Assembly (NCBI GenBank): GCA_965214915.1
Contig: CBDCCP010000001.1
Coordinates: 2,130,898 to 2,194,897, forward strand
Length of the DNA stretch: 64,000 bases
Origin: Bryobacterales bacterium
GTDB lineage: Bacteria; Acidobacteriota; Terriglobia; Bryobacterales; UBA6623
Direction: 5' to 3'
Shown here: positions 1 to 9,448 of the stretch, piece by piece
Layout of the letters: every line of letters starts with the position of its first letter
Numbering within the stretch: position 1 is the stretch's first letter
Made by a program: the position numbers and the translations under genes
The notes under the pieces: generated by a model
Seen by the model: the letters and a program-made list of their open reading frames with translations, nothing else
What the model was told of the DNA's origin: nothing
Databases searched by the model: none

Positions 1-792
1 ATCGTCGGCGGCCTGCTCGCGTTTTGCATCACGAAGATCATGGGGCTGGACGGCGGTGTCGGACCGGCGACGGCTACCCTCGGCTGGCGCATCAAGCTGC
101 TGACGATCCCGATCGTCGCCGTCGTCTATCTGTTCCTGATCCGCGGGCAGCGGTTTCCTGCAACGGAAAGGGTCAGCGCGGGCGTCAGCAACCGGGACAT
201 GGTGCTCGAGTTGTTCCGCCCATCGTTCATCTGCTTGTGGATCTGCATGTGGTTGACCTCAGCCACCGAACTGGGCCCCGACCAATGGGTCCCGTCGTTG
301 ATTACCAATCTGACGGGCATGCAGGGCATCCTGATCCTCGTCTATACGGCGGGCATCATGTTCGTATTGCGCTTCTTCGGCGGCCCCTTGGCGCACAAGT
401 TCTCCCCCTTCGGCCTGATGACCATTTCCGCCGTTCTCGCGGCCGCAGGTCTGTACTCGCTGGGCTCCGTCAGCACGATGTTCGGGGCGTTCGCGGCGGC
501 GACGCTGTTCGGCGTCGGCAAGACATACTTCTGGCCGACTATGCTGGGCGTCACGTCGGAGCTTTTCCCCAAGGGCGGTCCGGTGGCGCTCGCGCTGATG
601 GGCGGCACCGGCAACCTGGCCATTGCATTTGTCTTGCCGATCATGGGCGGGTGGTACGAAAACGAAGGAGCGGCGGCGGCCTTTCAGTACGTTTCCGTGC
701 TGCCGGCGGCGCTGGTAGTCTTCTTCGGCATGTTTTTCTTGTACTTCCAGCGCAAGGGCGGCTACAAGCCGGAGCAACTCGGCGGCGAATAG
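1..792 (+). CDS. MFS-type permease, C-terminal portion (5' end outside window)
   Basis: Frame 1 is open from base 1 (IVGGLLAFCITKIMGL...) to TAG 790-792. It has about six hydrophobic helices with G/A-rich loops (LFGVGKTYFWPTMLGVTSELFPKGG), as in sugar-type MFS permeases. Family call is from motif memory only. Confidence 0.6.
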   Translation: MVGGLLAFCITKIMGLDGGVGPATATLGWRIKLLTIPIVAVVYLFLIRGQRFPATERVSAGVSNRDMVLELFRPSFICLWICMWLTSATELGPDQWVPSLITNLTGMQGILILVYTAGIMFVLRFFGGPLAHKFSPFGLMTISAVLAAAGLYSLGSVSTMFGAFAAATLFGVGKTYFWPTMLGVTSELFPKGGPVALALMGGTGNLAIAFVLPIMGGWYENEGAAAAFQYVSVLPAALVVFFGMFFLYFQRKGGYKPEQLGGE

Positions 793-804
793 GCGGACCG
801 GAGC

Positions 805-1296
805 ATGAAGCGGCATCCTGCGCTGATCCCGTTGTCGCATCAGCACCACGATGCGCTCGCGCTCTGCGTCTTCATCGACCGCGGTTTCAAGAAAGAAGCG
901 ACCGTTGCCGCCGCCCGCCGGCTGCGCGTCCGGGCGCTGCAAACGTACTCCCTAATGCTCAAGGGACACTTCGAGGTCGAGGAGGCGGTGTTGTTTCCGG
1001 CGATTCGGCGGCGCCTCCCAGAGCTCGCTCTGCCGGACGAGTTGACCATGGAGCATCGCTCGCTTCGACGCGCCTTCGAGAATCTGGCGGACCTCGGCGG
1101 CGCCGATCTCATTGCCGCGCTGCGCCGACTCGGCAGCGATCTCGAGCGCCACATTCGCAAGGAAGAAAGGGCGCTTTTCCAAACCATCCAGGAAAAGCTG
1201 GACGAGCCGACATTCCAAGCCCTGGACAAGGCGATCGCGGACGCAATTGCGAAGGTCTGCCTTGCGCTGCCGGCGCAGATCTTCACCGACTCTTGA
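805..1296 (+). CDS. hemerythrin (HHE cation-binding) domain protein
   Basis: 163 aa with His/Glu ligand pattern spread over helices (SHQHHDAL, HFEVEE, MEH, LERHIRKEE). Starts 13 nt after the upstream permease stop. Confidence 0.7.
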   Translation: MKRHPALIPLSHQHHDALALCVFIDRGFKKEATVAAARRLRVRALQTYSLMLKGHFEVEEAVLFPAIRRRLPELALPDELTMEHRSLRRAFENLADLGGADLIAALRRLGSDLERHIRKEERALFQTIQEKLDEPTFQALDKAIADAIAKVCLALPAQIFTDS

Positions 1297-1651
1297 GCGT
1301 CTCGGAAGCGGACTCGCCGTTACGCGGTCGCCGGGGCGCCTTCGGCTTACATGCTTTGCAACTCGCGCCGTAACCACCGGCGACGATCAAAACCAGCGCG
1401 CCAAGAGACAGAACGATGAGCACAAGGCCGAAATCCATGCCATTATTTATACCGTCAAACACCGCGAGCATACACGCACGATTCCGGCAGCGCAATCGTC
1501 ACATGAGTTCCCCTATCCAGGTGTCTGAACAATGTCCTCGCCGTTCCCGCAGCAACTCCTCATGACACACAATCCAGCTCGATGAAGCACATGTAACCCA
1601 GCGGCCGCAATCGTGAACCCGTGCCCGCAACCGGCAGGGAGAAGCGAGGAA

Positions 1652-2599
1652 TCATCTCAGATGTCCATCAAGCCGCCCGCGGAAGTACGCTACCGTACGC
1701 GCGAGCCCGTCAGCCAATGACACTTCGGGACGCCAGCCGAGCACGCGCTCCGCGCGCGACACGTCCAGCCAGTTTTCTTTGATCTCGCTGGGCCGCGCCG
1801 GCCCCGCGACCGCCGTCAGGTTCGTGCCGCACGCCGCCTGCACGGCGTCGAACAATTCTCCAGTGCGCACCGGCACGCCGCCGGCGATGTTGAAGGCCCC
1901 CACCGCATCGCTCTCGATGGCGCGCAGGTTGGCCCGCACCACGTCCTCGACGTACACGTAATCGCGGCTCATCCCCGCGGACTGTTCGGGGTAAGCGAAG
2001 ATCGTCGGGCGTTCCCCGCGCAGCAGTTTGCCGACGAAAATAGCTACCACGCCGGCTTCTCCGTGCGGATCCTGGCGCGGTCCATAGACGTTGCCGTAAC
2101 GCAGCGTAATCGACGAGAGGCCGTATTCCCGCCGGTAGAACTCCAGATAGCGTTCACCGGCAAGTTTGTGGATGGCGTAGGGAGACAGAGGCTGCGGCGT
2201 CACATCCTCGGGGGTCGGGCGCCGGCAGACATCGCCGTAGATGGCGCCGCCGCTGGAGATCATGACGAAGCGCCCGACGCCGCGCCTGACACAACTTTGG
2301 AGCACATTGAGCAGCCCTACGCAGTTGATGCGGGCGTCCAGTACCGGGTCGCGCGCCGAAACGCTGACGCTCATCTGGGCGGCGTGGTGATTCACGACGT
2401 CCGGACGCTCTCTCTCCATTAGGAGATCGAACTCGGGCTCGGCTATGTCGATCCGTTGCAGTCGGGCGCCGCCGGGAACATGGTCGGCGTTCCCACTCAG
2501 CAAGTTGTCTGCGATCACCACGTCGTGACCGGCGGCAAGGTAGGCATCGGCAACATGGGAACCGATAAAGCCGGCTCCGCCAGTGAGCAAAATCTTCAT
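1652..2599 (-). CDS. NAD-dependent epimerase/dehydratase (extended SDR, GalE-like)
   Basis: N-terminal Rossmann motif MKILLTGGAGFIGSH and catalytic YxxxK (SPYAIHK). 315 aa, typical length. Confidence 0.9.
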   Translation of the reverse strand: MKILLTGGAGFIGSHVADAYLAAGHDVVIADNLLSGNADHVPGGARLQRIDIAEPEFDLLMERERPDVVNHHAAQMSVSVSARDPVLDARINCVGLLNVLQSCVRRGVGRFVMISSGGAIYGDVCRRPTPEDVTPQPLSPYAIHKLAGERYLEFYRREYGLSSITLRYGNVYGPRQDPHGEAGVVAIFVGKLLRGERPTIFAYPEQSAGMSRDYVYVEDVVRANLRAIESDAVGAFNIAGGVPVRTGELFDAVQAACGTNLTAVAGPARPSEIKENWLDVSRAERVLGWRPEVSLADGLARTVAYFRGRLDGHLR

Positions 2600-2608
2600 A
2601 GTCCCCTA

Positions 2609-2857
2609 CTAGCGCGACAACATGGGCGGGTTCATCCGCGTGAACTCATAGTTGAGCGGGTCGCGCTCGCGCCGCCGTAGTTGCGCGACGCACTCTTCCA
2701 CCGAATCGGCCATAGCTTCAATGCGCTGCAGCGCCAAATTTTGAGGGGAATAGATTTCCATGGCGATGACTTTGCCGACGACGGCCTCGCGCTCGGCGAG
2801 CGTTAAGCGATCGGGCGCCCGCCCGACGAATTGTTCTAGATCCGACGCTACAGCCAT
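2609..2857 (-). CDS. small hypothetical protein co-oriented with the epimerase
   Basis: The ORF-track entry 2609..3007 is trimmed to the internal ATG at 2857 (MAVASDLEQF...), because the longer form overlaps the divergent 2947 gene start. It ends 9 nt before the epimerase ATG. No family recognised. Confidence 0.4.
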   Translation of the reverse strand: MAVASDLEQFVGRAPDRLTLAEREAVVGKVIAMEIYSPQNLALQRIEAMADSVEECVAQLRRRERDPLNYEFTRMNPPMLSR

Positions 2858-2946
2858 AGGTTCAATTATTGCAGCAAACGCCCGCGCTCCAAGGCAAGCG
2901 GCCTGCGTACAGAGCTTCCGCCGGGGCGGATTGATAAAATCGCATT

Positions 2947-4500
2947 GTGTCAAACCGCATCGGCGCCGCGGCGTCAGTCGTCTATCTTGCGGCGCTGGGA
3001 GCGGCAAGCGTCTTCGTGGCCGACGCCGCCTGGAAGAGCGTCACGAATTACCGCACGCCTTACGCCTACGATGCGGTTTTCCCGGCGGGGCGGCCGCTGA
3101 CCGAGAAGCTGGTGCTGATCGTTCTGGACGGTCTCCGTGTGGACAGGGCCGCCGATCTGGAGCATCTGCAACGGCTGGCCGCGCGCGGTTCGTCAGGGTC
3201 GCTGCGCGTGGGCATGCCGTCTTTGTCCAATCCGGCGCGGGCGACGATGGTCACCGGCGCGTGGCCGGAAATCAGCGGCGTCACCAACAACGCCCTGTTC
3301 AGTCCGCCCCCCATCCAGTCGATCTTTTCACTTGCCAAGCGCCATAATCTGAGCGTCGCTGCATTCGGTTCGAGTTTTTGGAAACGGGCGTTCGGCGACA
3401 TTCTCGGCGACGATTACAAGGGCTTCGAAAAAGAACTGCGCGGTGGACGTTCTCCACAGGAATTGAGCGCATGGCAGCAAGACATTTGCGCTCGGGCGCT
3501 TGCGTTTCTTGCCAAGAAACCGTCGAATTTCACCGTCGTGGGCCTGACCGCCGGCGACGAAGCCGGCCACGATTTCGGCGGCGATTCCGACGGCTACCGC
3601 GTCGTGACGGCGGCCGTCGACGACTGTCTCGGGCAAATCGTCTCCCACTTCGACTTAGCGACAACCACTTTCGCCGCCGTATCCGATCACGGGCACATCG
3701 ACCGGCGGGGACAGGGCGGCCACGGGGGATCAGAGCCTGAAGTCATCGCCGCTCCGGTGGTTTTGGCGGGCGCGGGAATCCGCGCGGGCGGCAGGGCGGA
3801 CGGTCTGCTCGTGGATCTCGCGCCGACCGTCGGCGCGCTGCTCGGGCTGCCGATGCCGGCGAACAACCAGGGCCGCGTGTTGGCGGAAACCCTGAACGCC
3901 CCGCCGGAACGCCTGCAGGCCATCCGTCAACGCGAGCGTGAACAGCAGGAATGCCTGGCGGCCCGGCTTCCCGACCGCGAGGCCGCGCTGCAGGCCGAGC
4001 GCCGCGACCGCGGCCCCGCCGCGACGTTGACCGCAGTCTGGTTCCTGGCGGTTCTCTCGGCTGCGCTGGCGGGCGCTGCGCCGCGGCGTCTGGCCGCTGC
4101 AATCGCGCTTTATTTCGGCGTTTATTACGCGCTGTTCCTGGCTCTGGGGCTCGGCTATTCACTGAGCGCGGTCGTACGCGAGGAATACTTGAACGGTTTC
4201 TTCCTGAAAAACGTCCTGGCGGCTGCGGCCGGATATGGAATCGGCGCAATCTGGCTCGCAAAGACCGCCACGAGCGAGAAAAATCTCCACCTGCGGCTGG
4301 CGCTGGCTGTCACCAGCCTGTCGGGCTTGCTCGTCGCCTGGACGCATGCGCAATCGGGGCTGCTGATGCGAGGATTCACGCCCGATCTGAATGCGGGCTT
4401 CAAAGCCTATCTCGATCTACTGGCCATTGTCGGAGTCGCCGGCGGCGCCTTGATCGCGTTTTTCGTCTTCCGTCGAACCGGACGCGCCGAATCGGCTTGA
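2947..4500 (+). CDS. alkaline-phosphatase-superfamily enzyme (nucleotide pyrophosphatase/phosphodiesterase-like) with N-terminal anchor and C-terminal multi-TM domain
   Basis: Metal-ligand blocks LIVLDGLRVDR, SNPARATMVTG, GDEAGHDFGG and VSDHGHIDRRGQGGHGG. One N-terminal helix and about five C-terminal helices after residue ~350. GTG start. Confidence 0.75.
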   Translation: MSNRIGAAASVVYLAALGAASVFVADAAWKSVTNYRTPYAYDAVFPAGRPLTEKLVLIVLDGLRVDRAADLEHLQRLAARGSSGSLRVGMPSLSNPARATMVTGAWPEISGVTNNALFSPPPIQSIFSLAKRHNLSVAAFGSSFWKRAFGDILGDDYKGFEKELRGGRSPQELSAWQQDICARALAFLAKKPSNFTVVGLTAGDEAGHDFGGDSDGYRVVTAAVDDCLGQIVSHFDLATTTFAAVSDHGHIDRRGQGGHGGSEPEVIAAPVVLAGAGIRAGGRADGLLVDLAPTVGALLGLPMPANNQGRVLAETLNAPPERLQAIRQREREQQECLAARLPDREAALQAERRDRGPAATLTAVWFLAVLSAALAGAAPRRLAAAIALYFGVYYALFLALGLGYSLSAVVREEYLNGFFLKNVLAAAAGYGIGAIWLAKTATSEKNLHLRLALAVTSLSGLLVAWTHAQSGLLMRGFTPDLNAGFKAYLDLLAIVGVAGGALIAFFVFRRTGRAESA

Positions 4501-4503
4501 TCC

Positions 4504-5871
4504 ATGGAGCAAACACAACTCGACTTTGCAAGCGACCGGCGCATCTACAGCGTGGCCGACTTGACGGCTGTCGTCCGCGAATTACTCGAGGACGCCTTTC
4601 CCGACGCCTGGGTTTCGGGCGAGATATCGAATGCTCGCAGAGCGCCGAGCGGACATTGGTATTTCACGCTCAAAGACGACCGCGCGCAGTTGCGGTGCGT
4701 TTGTTTTCGCCAGGACGCGATGTATCTCAAGATCAAGCCGCGAGACGGGATCGCGGTCATCGCCCGCGGGCGCGTCGGCGTTTACGAAGCCCGCGGAGAG
4801 TACCAGCTCTATGTCGAGGCTATCGAGCCGCAAGGCGTCGGCGCCTTGCAACTGGCTTTCGAGCAACTCAAGAAAAAGCTCGCGGCCGAGGGTCTGTTCG
4901 ACGATGAGCGCAAACGCGAGCTTCCGGCGGCGCCGACGCGCATCGGCATCGTTACGTCGCCGGCCGGAGCGGTCATCGCCGATCTGATCCGCGTCATTGA
5001 ACGCCGCTTCCCGGCGGCGAACATTCGGCTGTACCCCGCCCGCGTCCAGGGAGACGAAGCGGCCGCCGACATTGCCCGGGGCATCCGCTACTTCAGCGAG
5101 AACCCCTGGGCGCAGGTCGTCATCGCCGCGCGCGGCGGCGGCTCGCTCGAAGACCTGTGGGCCTTCAACGAAGAAAAGGTTGCGCGCGCCATCGCCGCCT
5201 GCTCGACGCCCGTCATTTCCGCCGTCGGGCACCAAACGGATTTCACGATCGCCGACTTTGTAGCCGATGTCCGCGCGCCGACTCCATCGGCCGCGGCGGA
5301 ACTCGCCGTGCCCGATATTCAAGGGATATTGCAAGCCCTGAGCGGCCTCGAGCAGCGCGGAGCCCGCGCCCTGCGCTACCGCATCGCAACTCTGGGCGGG
5401 AAGATGCTGGAGGCCGGTCTCGAACGGGGCGCGGCAAGCATGCGCCGCCGCTTGGCCGAATCCCGGCAACGCCTGGACGACGCCGAACGAACGCTGAGGA
5501 GCGCGACCGCTGCGCGCCTGCGTACGGCGCGCGAGCGTCTCGCCGCACAAGACCGCAAACTGGCAACGCTCGACCTGCGCGTCGGCCTGGCGCGCCAACG
5601 CCAACGGCTCGAATCGCTGGCGCAACGGCCGGCCCCGTTGCAACTGCGCCGTCTGGAACGCCTCGCGGCGCGGCTCGCCGCTCTCGACGGCAGCCTTGGC
5701 GCACTCAGTCCGCTGGCGATTCTCGAGCGCGGTTACGCAATCGTGCGGACGCAAGCCGGCGAGCTGGTACGGGACAATCGACAGGCAGCCCCGGGCGACC
5801 GGCTGGGCGTCAGGCTTCATCGCGGCCGGCTGAGCGTCACCGTAGCGGAAACCTCGAGCGACAGCGGCTGA
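4504..5871 (+). CDS. xseA: exodeoxyribonuclease VII large subunit
   Basis: OB-fold N-terminus (AWVSGEISN...GHWYFTLKDD), catalytic core (IGIVTSPAGAVIADL, ARGGGSLEDLWAFNEE, GHQTDFTIADFVAD) and a long Arg/Leu-rich coiled-coil tail. Confidence 0.9.
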   Translation: MEQTQLDFASDRRIYSVADLTAVVRELLEDAFPDAWVSGEISNARRAPSGHWYFTLKDDRAQLRCVCFRQDAMYLKIKPRDGIAVIARGRVGVYEARGEYQLYVEAIEPQGVGALQLAFEQLKKKLAAEGLFDDERKRELPAAPTRIGIVTSPAGAVIADLIRVIERRFPAANIRLYPARVQGDEAAADIARGIRYFSENPWAQVVIAARGGGSLEDLWAFNEEKVARAIAACSTPVISAVGHQTDFTIADFVADVRAPTPSAAAELAVPDIQGILQALSGLEQRGARALRYRIATLGGKMLEAGLERGAASMRRRLAESRQRLDDAERTLRSATAARLRTARERLAAQDRKLATLDLRVGLARQRQRLESLAQRPAPLQLRRLERLAARLAALDGSLGALSPLAILERGYAIVRTQAGELVRDNRQAAPGDRLGVRLHRGRLSVTVAETSSDSG

Positions 5872-5934
5872 CCCGCGCGGCTGCCGCTATACTGAACAAG
5901 AGTCCGCACGGACGAGCGAGGGAGAGACCATCAC

Positions 5935-6459
5935 ATGCCGAACAAACTGTTGCGTCTTACGTTGTGCGCCGTTGTCCTGGCGGCCGCCTGCGGCACGTCC
6001 GGCGGCGGTTCCCCGAACGTCGCGGCGGAAGCCGCCGCGGGCGGCGAAACGATACAGCTTCCCGACTTCAGCCTCAAGGACATGAACGGCAAGGAATTCA
6101 CCCAGGCGGATGTCGAAGGCCGGGTCGTGCTGCTCAATTTCTGGGCCACGTGGTGCGGCCCCTGCAAGATCGAAATGCCCTGGTTCATCGACTTTCAGCG
6201 CAAGTACAAAGATCGAGGCTTCACGGTGTTGGCCGTTTCGCTCGACGAAGACGGCTGGGAAGTCGTCCGTCCCTTCGCGGCGGAGTTGAAACCCAACTTC
6301 CCGATCTTGCTGGGCGATGACGCGACGGCCGAAGAATTCGGCGGCGTCGTGGCGCTGCCGACGAGCTTCATCGTCAACAAGAAGGGTGAAATCGTGACTC
6401 GCCACACCGGCTTGGTCAGCAAGGACGAGTATGAAAACGAGATCCAGCGGCTGTTGTGA
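5935..6459 (+). CDS. TlpA-like thiol:disulfide oxidoreductase lipoprotein
   Basis: Lipobox LAAACG, thioredoxin CxxC motif NFWATWCGPC, and redoxin-like length (174 aa). Confidence 0.85.
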   Translation: MPNKLLRLTLCAVVLAAACGTSGGGSPNVAAEAAAGGETIQLPDFSLKDMNGKEFTQADVEGRVVLLNFWATWCGPCKIEMPWFIDFQRKYKDRGFTVLAVSLDEDGWEVVRPFAAELKPNFPILLGDDATAEEFGGVVALPTSFIVNKKGEIVTRHTGLVSKDEYENEIQRLL

Positions 6460-6940
6460 CTGGGCGAGCCTCGCCGGGAAGTTGACCTTATGCGCCTGCG
6501 GTCTGAGCTTCGTCATCGCGGCGGGGCTCGGCCAATTCAAGGGATTTTCGGCGGCATCCATCGAACCCATTCCGGCAGTGGCGCTGACGCCGGGCGCCGC
6601 CGTTGAGGTTCCCGTCTCGGTGCGCATCCGCAAGGGCTACCACATCAACTCCAACCGGCCGCTCGAAGACTACCTGATCCCGACAAAACTAAGTTGGGAC
6701 GCAGCGCCGCTCGTTGTCGCCTCCATCGACTACCCGCAAGCGCAAGAGATCAAGCCCTCTTTCTCCCAAAAGCCGCTGTCGGTTTACTCCTCGCGCATTG
6801 TGATTCGGACGCGCTTCCAGGCGCCGGCGGCGGAAATCGGTCTGTCGGAGTTGAAAGGCAAATTTCGGTTCCAGGCCTGCGACGACAAATCGTGCCTGCC
6901 GCCGAAGACGATCGACGTCTCGGCGCCCGTGCGCCGCTGA
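6431..6940 (+). CDS. DsbD-alpha / DsbC-N-like thiol-disulfide interchange domain protein
   Basis: C-terminal signature GKFRFQACDDKSCLPP is typical of the periplasmic DsbD N-terminal domain. The ATG at 6431 overlaps the upstream gene by 29 nt, and an in-frame TTG at 6482 is an alternative start. Confidence 0.6.
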   Translation: MKTRSSGCCDWASLAGKLTLCACGLSFVIAAGLGQFKGFSAASIEPIPAVALTPGAAVEVPVSVRIRKGYHINSNRPLEDYLIPTKLSWDAAPLVVASIDYPQAQEIKPSFSQKPLSVYSSRIVIRTRFQAPAAEIGLSELKGKFRFQACDDKSCLPPKTIDVSAPVRR

Positions 6941-7048
6941 CGCCCGGCGGTTTTCGAACCGGTCCGCGGCGGTAAGCGGCCAATTGGATTGCGCCGGTTG
7001 GACAATCGATTTGGGTCGGCAGCGGTCTTGCGCTATGATTCCCAAGCA

Positions 7049-7843
7049 ATGTCCGACGAGTCGGTTTCGTACGCAAACAATGCGGGCGCGGCAACGCTCA
7101 CGCTCAACCGCCCCAAGCTGCACAACGCTCTCGACGAGAGGGCCATCGCCGAGTTGAGCGCCCGGCTGGAAGAGGCGGCCGCTGATGCGTCCGTCCGCGT
7201 GATTGTTTTGGCCGCCGCCGGAGCGAGCTTCAGCGCCGGCGCAGACCTGCATTACATGCGCCGGATGGCCGATTTCACCCCTGCCGAGAATCGGGCGGAC
7301 GCCGGCCGATTCGCCAAGTTGCTCCACCTGCTGCACTCTTCTCCCAAGCCGACCGTCGCCCGCGTCCAAGGCGCGGCGATCGGCGGCGGAGTCGGTTTGA
7401 TCGCCGCTTGCGACATCGCCGTCGCCTCGACGGAAGCGTTCTTTCGGTTGACCGAGGTCCGTCTAGGTCTGATCGCCGCGCTCATCGGCCCTTATCTGAT
7501 CGAGGCCATGGGGCCGCGCGCGGCGCGGCGCTGCATGCTGACCTCCGAGCGCCTCGACGCCGCGTCCGCCAAGGCCTGCGGACTGGTCGATGAAGTCGTA
7601 GCAGCCGGCGAGCTCGATGCGGCGGTAGCGCGGTTTGCCGTCCGTCTGGCCCGCGGCGGCCCCGAGGCGCTCGCGGCCAGCAAGCGGCTTGTGGCGGATA
7701 TTTCCGGTTCGCCGATCGACGCGGCCGTTCGCTCGCGCACGGCGGAAGCGATCGCCTCGCGCCGAGCGTCAGCCGAAGCGCAGGCCGGCATCGCCTCCTA
7801 CTTTGAGAAAAAGCCGCCGCCGTGGCAGGGGCCCCCATCCTGA
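7049..7843 (+). CDS. enoyl-CoA hydratase/isomerase (crotonase) family protein
   Basis: Crotonase blocks LTLNRPKLHNAL, AAGASFSAGADL, GAAIGGGVGLIAACD and TEVRLGL. ORF-track start 6989 trimmed to ATG 7049 (MSDESVSY...). Confidence 0.85.
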   Translation: MSDESVSYANNAGAATLTLNRPKLHNALDERAIAELSARLEEAAADASVRVIVLAAAGASFSAGADLHYMRRMADFTPAENRADAGRFAKLLHLLHSSPKPTVARVQGAAIGGGVGLIAACDIAVASTEAFFRLTEVRLGLIAALIGPYLIEAMGPRAARRCMLTSERLDAASAKACGLVDEVVAAGELDAAVARFAVRLARGGPEALAASKRLVADISGSPIDAAVRSRTAEAIASRRASAEAQAGIASYFEKKPPPWQGPPS

Positions 7844-7861
7844 AATGGCAAGGAGCATTTC

Positions 7862-9367
7862 ATGAAGAAATCCAATCGACCCTCGAGGCGTCAGGCGCTG
7901 CAAACGCTCAGCGGAACCGCTGCCGCGTTGCTCACCCGCTGCGGCGGCTCCGCCGGAAACTACCCGCGGCCGAACATCTTGTTCGTCATGACCGACGACC
8001 AGCAGCACGCGCAGATGAGCTGCGCCGGCCACCCGCTCCTCGAAACGCCCCATATGGACCGCCTCGCGGCCGAGGGCGTACGATTCGCCAATGCCTACTG
8101 CACGAATTCGCTCTGCGCTCCTTCCCGGGCAAGCGTCTTGACCGGTTGCTATTCCCACGTACACGGCATCCGCGGCAATTCCGAAAAGGCCGACGCGGTG
8201 GAAGGGCTCGACCCGACGCTGCCCACGTTCCCGGAGTTGCTGCGGGAGGCGGGTTACCAAACGGGTATCGTCGGCAAATGGCATCTGCGTCAGGAACCGA
8301 AGGGATTCGACGAATGGAAAATCCTCCCCGGACAGGGAGTCTATTTCGATCCGGATTTCGTCGTCGGCGACGAGACCGAGAAACACTCCGGTTACGTCAC
8401 CGACATCACCACCGACTTCGCGCTGGACTTCCTGCGGCGCCGGCAGGACGGTCCCTTCTGCCTCGTCTATCAGCACAAGGCGCCGCATCGGCCGTTCACT
8501 CCCGCGCCGCGCCACGCGAATTTGTACAACGACATCGCCTGGCCGCACCCGCAAACGTACGACGACGACTACGCCACCCGCCGGGTCGCCGGGGAGGCCG
8601 AGGACATGCGCTTCGAAGTCAGCCTGGCCGGAGACTACGACGACCTGCCCGCAAATCTCAGCCCGGCCGCCAAGCGGGAATGGATTTTCCAACGGTTCGT
8701 GAAAGACCATCACCGCGCGGTTTACGGCGTCGACGAGAATCTCGGCATAGTGCTCGATTACCTCGACGCTGCGGGACTGGCGGAAGATACGCTGGTCATC
8801 TACACCGCCGACAACGGCTATTTTCTGGGCGAGCACGGCTGGTACGACAAGCGGTTCATGTACGAACCGTCGCTGCGCATCCCGCTGCTGGCCCGCTATC
8901 CGCGGCTGGGCCATGCCGGCCTCGTTGCTGACCGCCCGGCGCTCAACATCGACATCGCTCCGACGATCCTCGACTTTGCCGGAGTTCCGCTGCCGGAGCG
9001 CATGCAGGGAACCAGCCTGCGGCCGCTGATGGAAGGCGATCCCCCGGACGATTGGCGGACTTCGGTGCTGTACAGCTACTACGAAAACTCGTGGGCGTTC
9101 CGCGAAATGGCCCGCGAGCAGATGACCGACCCCAGCTTTCGGTTTTGGACCCCGCACCGCGTCGGCCCCAACCGCGGCGTGCGCACCGACCGCTACAAGC
9201 TCATCGAATACTACGGCGAAGAAGGAGGCTACTGGGAGCTTTTCGACCTGCGCGAAGACCCGCACGAGTTGCGCAACCTGTACGGCCAGCCGGGCATGGC
9301 CGACCTCGAAACCGAATTGAAAGCCGAGTTGCGGCGGCTGCGCGGGCAGTACGGCGAGCAAGGGTAG
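7862..9367 (+). CDS. Cys-type sulfatase with Tat-like signal
   Basis: SRRQALQTLSGTAAALL signal. Formylglycine motif CAPSR in NSLCAPSRASVLTG, plus GKWHL. C-terminal DRYKLIEYY...ELFDLREDPHELRNL block. Confidence 0.9.
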   Translation: MKKSNRPSRRQALQTLSGTAAALLTRCGGSAGNYPRPNILFVMTDDQQHAQMSCAGHPLLETPHMDRLAAEGVRFANAYCTNSLCAPSRASVLTGCYSHVHGIRGNSEKADAVEGLDPTLPTFPELLREAGYQTGIVGKWHLRQEPKGFDEWKILPGQGVYFDPDFVVGDETEKHSGYVTDITTDFALDFLRRRQDGPFCLVYQHKAPHRPFTPAPRHANLYNDIAWPHPQTYDDDYATRRVAGEAEDMRFEVSLAGDYDDLPANLSPAAKREWIFQRFVKDHHRAVYGVDENLGIVLDYLDAAGLAEDTLVIYTADNGYFLGEHGWYDKRFMYEPSLRIPLLARYPRLGHAGLVADRPALNIDIAPTILDFAGVPLPERMQGTSLRPLMEGDPPDDWRTSVLYSYYENSWAFREMAREQMTDPSFRFWTPHRVGPNRGVRTDRYKLIEYYGEEGGYWELFDLREDPHELRNLYGQPGMADLETELKAELRRLRGQYGEQG

Positions 9368-9448
9368 TTGCCATGACGCCACGACTCAGCCGAGTTCCTT
9401 GGAACCATGGAAACCGTGATGGAAAGCCGCTCGGGCGTCCCCGCGTCT

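Noticed and set aside
1283-1495. 70-aa minus-strand ORF with one hydrophobic helix (MDFGLVLIVLSLGALVLIVAGG from ATG 1438)
   Set aside because: It has no ribosome-binding site, overlaps the convergent hemerythrin gene end, and has no recognisable family. It could be a real small membrane protein, but the evidence is insufficient.
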